DNA from: Macrostomum lignano
Taxonomy: Eukaryota
NCBI GenBank assembly: GCA_002269645.1
Contig: NIVC01001772.1
Span: 1 to 64,000, forward strand
DNA length: 64,000 nucleotides
Direction of reading: 5' to 3'
Translations under genes and position numbers: made by a program
The notes under the pieces: model-generated
Databases searched by the model: none
Told to the model about the DNA's origin: nothing
The model's input: only the letters and a program-made list of their open reading frames with translations
In this document: in pieces, positions 13,300 to 23,577 of the stretch
Position numbering within the stretch: the first letter of the stretch is position 1
How the letters are laid out: each line of letters begins with the position of its first letter

Positions 13300-13559
13300 G
13301 GGCCTTTTCATATTGCTTGCTCTGGTTCCAGAACCAGAACCAATTTGTGAAGTATAACTTTTTGTCTCCATAACTAGAGGGAAATACGTGCTATAAAGTT
13401 TTTATTATTGAATGACAATCGCCAAGAAGAAAGTGAAAAATTGTGCTAAGTTAGGTTGTTAAGGCAGTCAAATATTAACAGAGTTTAATAGTTATACTGC
13501 TGTTTTTCTTGGAATTCCGAACCGATTCTGGTTCTGGAATTGGTAATTTGAAAAGGCCC
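13300..13559. mobile_element. PIF/Harbinger-type MITE
   Basis: TIRs GGGCCTTTTCA / TGAAAAGGCCC with a 3-bp TSD CTA (13297-13299, 13560-13562). Confidence 0.8.
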
Positions 13560-14176
13560 CTATACTGCGGAGTTTTTACGTCTTACAGTTTTAACAAAGT
13601 ATACGTTAGATTGCGATTCCTATGTAGGAAGTCCTATTTTTAATTTAAATTTGTTTTTTATTTTGCAAATAAATAGTCAAGAAAACAAATCAATGAGTTT
13701 TAAAGGTTCTATACAAAATTACAACACGTTGAATATTTTTGCATATAACGTATCGTATCAATTTAGTGTATACAAATTTTCATTTTTTAGTATATATGAG
13801 GGTCAAGGTTGTTAATGTAACCCAGGCATACTAACTCTATCTACTATCACTATTACCTCAGAGAAAAACATTTTTTATAATTTCACTTTTTTTAAGAAAC
13901 GTGTCAGGAATCTAGTCTTGACTTTATTACTTTTAAGTTTTTTTTTTTTTTTAAGTTTACTTTAATGCTTGTTTTATAATTGTTGATATAATTCATAAAT
14001 AATTTGGCCTAGCCATTGCCATAATGCCATAGGACTCCATATGTACAGGGCCTAGGACTAGGCGTACACTGCTACCCAACCCATAAGTCATAAGATAAAC
14101 AAACCTACCTAAGCCTCCTCATTAAAATACTTTTTTAGATTTCTTGGTTGATTTTTGTCTAGATATCTTTATATAA

Positions 14177-14370
14177 TATTAATGGCAGTGCTTATTTAGC
14201 CAGTACCAGTCAAATAAGTGCATCACTATTTAGCAGTCCTATCCTGCCCCACTGCCGGTCAAATAACCTTGTCACTATTTAGCTAGCAATCCTGGCCCCC
14301 AATGGTCACGGCCATGCCAGTCAAATAAACCTGTCACTATTTAGCCGGCAGTCCTCCCCTTGCTAGTCAA
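14177..14370. repeat. Left arm of a long inverted repeat (partner 16135-16458)
   Basis: TATTAATGGCAGTGCTTATTTAGCC... matches the reverse complement of ...GGCTAAATAAGCACTGCCAATGTTAATA; made of roughly 45-bp internal units. Confidence 0.75.
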
Positions 14371-14735
14371 ATTATAAAGCTATATCCCATACATATACAT
14401 CCAAGTGAGTCGACCCTTGCTGGCTTGCTTTCTTATATGCTATAGATAGAGTCACAGATACATGTATAGTATGGCCTGGGCCCACAACTAGGTGGGTGTC
14501 CATCTCGGATCTTCACATTTATAGTTCCGCCTCCTACATACATCTACATGTATCCAGTTCTGTGCCTTCCCACATCTATCCATTGCAACATGTGTTATAT
14601 ATGATATACATATAAAAGTCATAGGCCTTTAATGAGTTTATGCGCCATAGTTTGCTCTGCTTGCCTAGGCTATATGATTAAAGGCTAGTAGCTATATGTG
14701 TATATCAAGGATGACTAGAAAGTTACAGCAAATAG

Positions 14736-15791
14736 CAGTGTTGGGCACCAGTTCATTAATAAGCGTTAATTTGTTAACAAGCTAAGCATTAAAAAAAGTT
14801 AAGATTTTTTATTAACGTTAATGCATTGCCATTAAGATTTTTTGCACTAACGGATTAACAACTTTGCATTAATAAATTTTGTGAGTTAATGACAAATTCA
14901 TCATTAAAGTTAATGACAATGTCAATGACCAAAGACGCAAAGAAAGAACAAAAATATAAGTCTGACGAGAAGTTACAACATTGTGAACATATTTAAATTT
15001 ACCTAAATGCCTAATACATTTGTTTATAACAATGATCATGCAAATATAACAACTTTAAAAATGAATTCTGGGTTTTTTTCGTCCATAACTTGGGTGCAAT
15101 TTCGCACCCTGTGCTAGATTTCAGGGTGCGATTTTCAAGACCAAGATGTGCTGCACGTCCATAACACTAAATTGTAAAACCCGCATCACATCCTTGCAAA
15201 AAATTGGGTGCACTTTTCGCATCCTGAGTCAAATTTCAGGGTGCGATTTTTAAGACCAGGATGCTATTCGCACCCATTCGCACAAAAAAAACCCAGAATG
15301 AATTGAAATTGTGAACTTTATTGCTTGCACGTGAGCATCAATTGCTTTGATTCACTTCTTTCCCAATCTTTTGTAACTTTCTGCTGCGCCTGCTAATGCT
15401 ACTGAAACAACTTTCGTATTCGTACAAGCTATTTTATTATTAACAAATTAACTTTCAAGTTTCAAATAAACAAGTTACTTCTTTTACTGTATGCTTACTT
15501 TTAGTAGTATTATACATGGAGGTTTCTAAAATTATTTTCTATTACTTTCTTAGCTTGTAAATTGCTAAGATGAGCTCTGTGATTTCACTAAAAGGTGGAA
15601 AATCAAAGACAGTGCATTGTAAAAGTCAGTTTTAGAAAAAAGTGCAAGATTTCAGTATTTTCTGTGGTAACTTTAATGGATTAACGCTTATTAATGATTA
15701 ACGAGTTAATAAGTTAAGATTTTTTTGTTTTAATGCTAACACTTTTGCCATTAACGGAAGTTAAGATTTTCATTAACAGTGCCCAACACTG
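14736..15791. mobile_element. Non-autonomous hAT DNA transposon (copy 1)
   Basis: Perfect TIRs CAGTGTTGGGCAC / GTGCCCAACACTG and a perfect 8-bp TSD GCAAATAG (14728-14735, 15792-15799). Confidence 0.9.
15067..15297. mobile_element. Small MITE nested in hAT copy 1
   Basis: TIRs TCTGGGTTTTTTT / AAAAAAACCCAGA flanked by ATGAAT on both sides; absent from the equivalent position of hAT copy 2. Confidence 0.75.
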
Positions 15792-16134
15792 GCAAATAGA
15801 AATCAAATGCTATTTCATGCAGATTCTGTACAACTTTATTACTTGCCTTCAAGTTTGTTTAATTGTTTCTAGAAATCTTGCATATTCTAGAAATTATTTA
15901 TAGTAGCAGAAGACATGACATATAAACAAATGAAAAATTAATTATGCATGTTTTTTTTACTTTCACTTCAATCTCTGAATTAAAACCACTCATTACAGCC
16001 AAAAAACCACTGCAAACACCTTTATTGAAAAACTCCAAATTTATACTATGTATATTGTAGCTAGCTTATAGTATGTTAAATTAATATAATTTAAGCTCAT
16101 AACAAGCAGTGCAGCTATAAAATGTATAAATGTA

Positions 16135-16458
16135 TTTTGACCAGCGTGGCTATTGGGGGTCAAGATTGCTGGCTAAATAGTGACAAGGTTATTTGACTGG
16201 CAGTAGGGCAAGACTACCAGCTAAATAGTGATAGGCTTATTTGACTAGTAGTGAGGTAGGACTGCCAGCTAAATAGTGACGAGCTTATATGACTGGCAAT
16301 AGTGCAGGACTGCCAGCTAAATAGTGACACGCTTATTTGACTGGCAGAGGGGCAGGGCTACTAGCTAAATAGTGACATGCTTATTTGACTGGCGCCGGCT
16401 AAATAGTAGCAAACTTATTTGGCTGGTGTCGGCTAAATAAGCACTGCCAATGTTAATA
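16135..16458. repeat. Right arm of the long inverted repeat; quasi-palindromic ~45-bp tandem units
   Basis: Repeated CTGCCAGCTAAATAGTGAC...TTATTTGACTGGCAG units; inverted relative to 14177-14370. Confidence 0.75.
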
Positions 16459-16937
16459 CTACATAATTAACAAATGAAAAAAATTCAATTAAATAAATAT
16501 ATAATGGCCTATATTCTCAATTTGAAGTGGGAGTAGGAATGGCATATCTTAAAAGCAAATAGCTTCTGCAAAAAACAGTATTGGTCAAATTGCTCAAAAA
16601 TCAAAGTAACTAGAGTAACTTTTGCTTATCAAACTTTCTATTTTGCTATATTGCTTTACCAACTATTTCTTTTTGTTAATTTGATACCATTTAGTTAAAA
16701 GAATCCCTTACTCTAATATGGCTATTGTGGCTATTAAAATTGTTTATAAAACTTGTATTTTGAAAAGTAATTAGAAAAGTTTGATAACTTTAAAAAGTAA
16801 CTTACTTAACATAAGAAATTAATTCCACAATAAGAGTGGATAATCAGGTAAACAAAAGGCAGTCAAGGCATGGTATACAAATCTGTTACCAAAGGCAGCT
16901 TGGCATCATAGCATTTATTGCACTGCTGGCAGCTCGA

Positions 16938-19900
16938 CAGTGTTGGGCATTGGTCCATTAATAAGCGTTAATAAGTGTTAAGATTTTTCATTAATGTTAA
17001 TGGACTGCCATTAAGATTTTTTTGAACTAGTAGATTAACAAATTTGCATTAATAATTTTGTCAGTTAACAACAAATTAATTGTTAACATTAATGACAGTG
17101 TCAAGACCAATGACACAAAGAAAGAACAAAAATACAAATCTGACAAGAAGTTACAACATTATGAATACATTCAAATATACCTAAATGCAATTAATCTCTT
17201 TGTTTATAACAATGATCATGCAGATATAACAACTTCTAACTAATGAACTTTAATATTGAATTAAAATTGTGAACTTTATTGCTTGCACACATCAATGGCT
17301 TTGATTTACTTCTTTGCCAATGTTTCGTAACTTTCTGCTGCACCTGCTAATGCTACTGAAACAACCTTCTAAAACAACTCTAGTGGTTAGTGCGAGAAAT
17401 CAAAAAGTATTGAGCTCTGAGCTCACTAGACAACTTTTATATTTTTGGTATAAGCGAACGTAAGAAAAATTGATGCATAAAAGCACAAGGGTTTTAAAAG
17501 AACACACACACTAGTCACGCTCAATGAAGCATTGTCAGTCAATCGATAAAATAAAACAGCGAGTGTACTAAATGTACACCCGCTGAGTCACGCAATACGA
17601 CACCTCTCCCATCGTAGTTTAGGCGGACGGGAATCGATTGAGCTCTGCTTGATCTTCTGAGAGCTTGTGCTGGTCCTTGATCTGGAAGTTGCAGCAGTCG
17701 AGGCTGCGACGGTGGCGGCGGCATTGGCGGCGGCGTTGGCGTTGGTGGCAGCGGCGGCAACGGTGGCGGCGGAACCAACGGTTGCGGTAGTGGAGGCCTG
17801 AGCTCACCGCTAAATTCCGGATTTGTCTGCAGCGGCCCAGGCTGCTGGGAAGTCTTGTCGATTCGCATCTGTTCTGTGTGCCGCCGCACCATCCGGTTGT
17901 TCGGCAGAATGCACTTGTACCAGTTGCTGCCCTCCTTGCTGACCACCATAGCCGATGTCCAGGTTCGCTCGTTCCTGCGGCTAAAGTCTTGAACGAACAC
18001 CGCCTCGCCCTTCTCGAAGACTCGTCTTTGTGCGCCCAAGTCGTGCTGCTGCTTCTGCTTTTCCTGGCTCTCAAGAACTTGCTTGGCGATGTCTGGCCTC
18101 GGTACGTCGAGCAGGCTACGCAGCGTCCGGTGCATCAGCAGCTCACACGGTGCCACTCCCATCGTTGGATGCAGTGTAGTACAGTAGCTGAGCAGGAATC
18201 TGGCCAGCTGGGTCTCCAGGGAGCTGCCATCATTGGCCTGCTTCTTCAGGGAGTTCTTAACAGTTTGCACTGCTCGCTCAGCTTGGCCATTGGAAGCCGG
18301 GTGGTAGGGTGGCGTGCGGATGTGCCGAATTCCGTTCTTGGCACAAAAGGCGTCAAACTCGAAGCTGGCAAAGCAGGGCCCATTGTCCAAGACGATGGTC
18401 TCTGGTAGGCCATGAGTGCTAAAGCTCTGTCGCAGCTTTTCCACTGTTGCGAAGGTCGTCGTCGCTGTCGTCACATACACATCAAGCCACTTTGAGAAGG
18501 AGTCGACCACCACCAGCAGCATCCGACCTTGGATGGGACCGGCAAAATCGATGTGGATTCTCGACCAAGGCCTTGCCGTTAGTGGCCATGGCTGCAGCGG
18601 AGCTTCTGGTCCGGCTCGCTGGTGCTTCTGGCAGTCCGTGCAGCTTGCTGCCTTGGCCTCAATGTCATGATCCATGCCTGGCCACCATATGTAACTTCTG
18701 GCAAGCAACTTCATCCGGGATGCTCCAGGGTGTCCAACATGCAGGCAGTCAAGCAAGCGGCTTTGGCCGACTTCAGGAATGACGACACGACTGCCCTAGA
18801 GAACACAGCCATCTTGAACTGACAATTCCTGGTGCCGTTTTCCGAAGGGCACCAAATCGGAAGTCCAGGAATCTCAGTCTGGCCAGGCTGAGAGACAGTA
18901 AAGAATTACGCGTGACAATGTAGGGTCGCGGCAGGACCAGGTGCGCATGTCTGATGAAGTCACCGGCCCGGCGTCCAGGCAGTCCATCACTTGCACGACT
19001 TCTGGAGGCACCGGAACTTCCTTAGGGCCAGCTGATGCAGGAAGGCAGCTTAAGGCATCTGCTCGGAGCATGGAGACCCCGCTGCGGTGTATAAGACGGT
19101 ACCGGTACGCAGTCAGCAGCAACGCCCATCGTTGGACTCGGCCGGAAGCCAGGGCTGGAAGCAGTCGCTCTTGTCCTAGAAGGCCGAGAAGCAGCCGGTG
19201 GTCGGTCAACAGGTTGAACTCCCGACCAAACAGATAATGATGGAATTTTTTCACACCGAAAACCAGCGCCAAGGCCTCCTTCTCCAGCTGGCAATAATTT
19301 TTCTCTGCTGAGCTGAGGCTGCGCGAAGCGTACGGGATCGGCTTGTCCATGCCGTCCCGACGGTGGAATATGACGGCACCGAGCCCGTACTGCGATGCGT
19401 CGCACTCCAGGTAGAGCTCTTCTGCAGCGTTATAGTGGACTAGGATGCTGGGGTGCGTGAGCAGCTGCTTTGCCGCGCTGAACGCGTCCGCCTCGCTGCG
19501 ATCCCACTGCCACCTTGAGTTCTTCTCCAAGAGCCTGTGCAGCGGGGCCAGAACACTAGAGAGATTTGGCAAAAACTTGTCGTAGTAGTTGATGCGGCCC
19601 AAGTAGCTCCTCAGTTAAGTCGTGTTAGTCGGTGCAGGCGCGTCCAGCACAGCTTGAACCTTATCGTCCAGCGGGTGCAGCCCTTCGGCGTCGATGCAGT
19701 GGCCTAGGTATGTGACTTCGTCCTTGAAAAAGGTGCACTTCTCAAGCTTGCAGGTCAGCCCAGACTCCTTGAAGACCTTCAGAACTGCTCTCAGGTTGCG
19801 GAGGTGACTGGCGTCGTCTTCGCCTGTGATGATGACATCATCGATGAAGGATGCAGAGTGCGGAATTCCTCGCAGTAAGCTGTCCATCACCCGCTGAAAC

Positions 19901-20454
19901 ACGCTGGGGGTGATCGACACGCCGAAAGGCAGACGGGTGTAGCGAAGAAGTCCCAGCGAGGTGTTGATGGTACAGAGCTCTTGAGCATCCTCATCCAGGG
20001 GAAGCTGCGAAAATGCCTGGCTCAGATCCAGTTTTGTATCCGCTCCTCTCCCTATTTGTATTTTTTATTATTAACTAATTAGCTTTCAAGTTTCAAATAA
20101 ATAAGTTATTTTGTTTACTGTATGCTTACTTTTAGTAGTATTATCTATAAAAGTTATTATTATTATTATTATTTGTTATTTTTAGCTTTTAAATCACTTG
20201 GATAACCTCTGTGCTTTGCTAAAAAGATGGAAAAGCAAGAGCAATGCATTATAAAGTTTGTTTTGGAAAAAAAAGTGCAAGATTTTGGTATTTTCTATGT
20301 TAACTTTAACAGATTAACATTTATTAACAATTATCAGTTAATTTTCAGTTAATTTAACAAAATTAAGTGTTACAAAGTAATTTTTTTCTCATTTTAATGC
20401 TAATTTTTTGCCATTAACAGAAAATAAGATTTTCATTAAAGGTGCCTAACATTG
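16938..20454. mobile_element. Non-autonomous hAT DNA transposon (copy 2) carrying a Gypsy fragment
   Basis: TIRs CAGTGTTGGGCAT / GTGCCTAACATTG; TSD CAGCTCGA / CAGCTAGA (1 mismatch). Both arms are collinear with copy 1 and interrupted at about 17370-20052. Confidence 0.85.
17370..20052 (-). mobile_element. 5'-truncated, degenerate Ty3/Gypsy LTR retrotransposon (RT-RNase H-integrase, PPT, partial 3' LTR)
   Basis: RT KLDLSQAF, RLPFG, FIDD; RNase H ECDASQYG, YCQLEKEAL; integrase HVGH-CTDC, HIDFAGP, DNG, AERAVQ. PPT GGGAGAGG (17610-17603) is followed by an LTR starting TGT at 17602. Frameshifts near 19605 and 18874, and a nonsense codon TAG at 18798-18796. Confidence 0.95.
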
Positions 20455-21057
20455 CAGCTAGACAGCTAGTAGTAGGTACTAAAGCAAAGGCAGCTAGACA
20501 CTAGTCTAAAGGTGGCTAAGCACCAAAAGTGCCTGAGTATCAATTTACTATATTGGCAATGCAGGGCATCTGGCAGGGAAATGAAGATATTTGTGACTGA
20601 CAAGACTAGTATTATTCACTTGACACTTTCTACTTAGAAATTTGGGTTGTAGAGCTTATTTATAAGCAATATATTAGGTTTATAAAACTATATATTATTT
20701 TGCACTTGTAGCTTGTATTAGTAATACTAAAAGCAGCTGAAGGTAGACCAAATGCAATCTATAAAGCAAAATAAAAATATAACCACATATCAAAGTAGGG
20801 ACTCCAGTGAGGTTACCATAAGCTGATAATTACACGAAAATTGTAAAATAGTGTTTTTAAAAATAAAATTGCTAAGCATAGAAAATGTTTTTAGTAAAAA
20901 CAAAATATACATGTTAAAGAAGAGTTTATACTTGTTTTAATTAGATAAAGAAACAAAAAATATATATGTTACAATGTGAGTAGTGTCCTTCTGAACTTTG
21001 TATTTTTTGCATACACTCATTTTGTCTAATAACTCATTTGAAAACTTCTTTATTTAG

Positions 21058-21082
21058 GTGCTTCCTTTAAAGAGCCTACAAA
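21058..21082 (+). other. COPB1: Putative 25-nt 5'UTR exon of COPB1
   Basis: TTATTTAG acceptor before it and GTGAGT donor after it; the next acceptor TTTCAG (21375) lies 20 nt before the ATG. Confidence 0.55.
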
Positions 21083-21395
21083 GTGAGTAGCTCTTAGAAT
21101 GTTTTTCCTTTCCCTCTGTTTTAAATTCTCATTAGGCTGAGTGTACTTGAATTTGCTGTCAAATTAAATTTTGTTTTAAAAATAAGTATACCCAGTTGTG
21201 CTCACTTTTTTAAATTAGCTTTGAAAATGTGACCAAGTGTCTTTTCAATATTTTTTAGAGTAGCATATTTTTCAATTACCTTTTAGTTAACTGACTATTT
21301 ACTGTCATTTACTGTCATCTAATGCATAAGTAGTTAAATACAACAATCCAAAAGAGAATTTCTGCATGCTTTCAGCAAAGCTTTAAAACATAAAC

Positions 21396-23479
21396 ATGAG
21401 CCAAGCGGAGCAGCCATGCTACACTCTGATCAACATGCCGACTGACTCGGAGCCGCCATCCGAGCAGAAGCTTCGCGAAGATCTTGAAAAGCCCGACGTA
21501 AATGGCAAAATTGAAGCCTTAAAAAAGGTCATAGCCATGATTATTAATGGAGAAAAGTTTAATAGCTCCCTGCTAATGACTGTGGTGAAGTACGTGATGC
21601 CCAGCCAGGACCACATGATCAAGAAGCTGCTGCTAGTGTTCTGGGAGGTTGTGCCCAAATACTCGCCAGATGGCAAGCTGCTTCACGAGATGATCCTGGT
21701 TTGCGACGCTTATCGCAAAGATCTGCAGCATCCCAACGAGTTTATTCGAGGCTCAACTCTTCGATTTTTGTGCAAACTGAAAGAGCCCGAACTGCTGGAG
21801 CCGCTGATGCCGTCAATTCGGCAGTGCTTGGAGTATCGGCACACCTATGTTAGGCGAAATGCCATACTGGCTATCTTCACAATCTACAAGAACTTCGATT
21901 CGTTGATACCCGATGCGCCGGAGTTGATTGCTTCTCTGCTGGACCAGGTGAGCGATTCAGGACGGTGATATGAGATTTTCCAGTCATTTTTATCCATTCT
22001 ACGCTACTGTCGAAGAATTCTGGTCTGTATGTACATATATCAAGCATAGTGACCACTGATAAAGGGAATCCCCCTTTTAGCGTGTCTAGCAGAGGGGAAT
22101 TCCCGCTCTATTTATATCCAGCGAATGGCCACTGTAGGGAAATACCGTTTTATTTATACTTGTATCTATTTAGCCTTCGCCATTCAAAGGCAAATCCCAG
22201 TTTATTTATATTACTTGTACTTTAGTGTTGGAGAAATTCCGTTCTGTTTCTAAGATTTGTCATACATAATTTTATACGGAAATCCCTTTAGCCTTTCTAT
22301 TTATATCTAGCGTACGCCGTTTAAAGGGGGATCTCATTCTATTTTTATCTATCGTACGCCATTTAAAGGAGAATTCCCTTTCTATTTATATCTAGCGTAC
22401 GCCATTGAAAGGGGAATTACCTTTCTAATATCTATCGTACGCCATTGAAAGGGGAATTACCATTCTATTTATATCTAGCGTACTTTGTTAAACAAAATAA
22501 GATAGACTATTGAATAACAGTTTAGTTAGTACAGATGTATTCGTTTTTTTTAAAATAGAAAACAGTGAAATGGGGCGCAGGGCCTAAATAATTTATGACA
22601 TTCAATTAGGCGGGGGTTTGAGTGCAGATAAGAAAAGGAGGGGTGGAGTGCACGGCTGAGGAAAGATCCGAGATTAAAGAGCCAATCAGAAGGCAGCGAG
22701 GGCGAGAGAGATAAGAATAACAAGACTGAACTTAACAGAGAGAGAAAACAGTAAACACAGAGACGAGGGCAAGTGAACTGAAAAAATGAAGAATTTATGC
22801 ATGTATAAATATAAAACACAAAAGACAAAAGTCAATCCACCATCTACAATCCCAGGAGCAAGACGCCTCGTGCAAGCGCAACGCTTTCATGATGCTGCTG
22901 CACGTCGATCAAGAGCGAGCTCTCAATTATCTAAGCACCTGCCTAGACCAGGTGCACACTTTCGGCGATATTCTCCAGCTAGTAATTGTGGAGTTAATCT
23001 ACAAAGTGTGCCACGCCAATCCCACCGAGCGGTCCCGATTTATCCGCTGCGTGTACAACCTGCTGCAGAGCAGTTCGGCCGCTGTTCGCTACGAAGCCGC
23101 TGGCACCCTGATCTGTCTCAGCTCGGCTCCGACCGCCGTTCGCTCGGCCGCCTCAGCCTATATCGATCTCATATTGAAGGAGAGCGACAATAATGTGAAA
23201 CTGATTGTACTGGATAGGCTGGTGGGTCTGAGAGAGACTCACGAACGTATTCTGCAGGATCTTGTTATGGACGTGCTGCGTATCCTGTCAGCTACGGATT
23301 TGGAAGTGCGTAAGAAGGCCATGGATTTGGCCCTGGAGCTGGTCACTGGCCGCACTATCGAGGAGGTAGTTGGTGTGCTCAAGAAAGAGGTGCTCAAAAC
23401 TTCCGCAGCTATTGAACAGGTTAGTTTAACAAAGCTGGAGTTGTTTGAGCGTGTCCTTAGTTTTAGTCTCTTTCTGTCG

Positions 23480-23577
<98 letters not shown>

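Noticed and set aside
20045-20052. Second copy of the PPT-like sequence (CCTCTCCC) at the Gypsy 5' junction
   Set aside because: More simply explained as degenerate RT coding sequence just before TKLDL.
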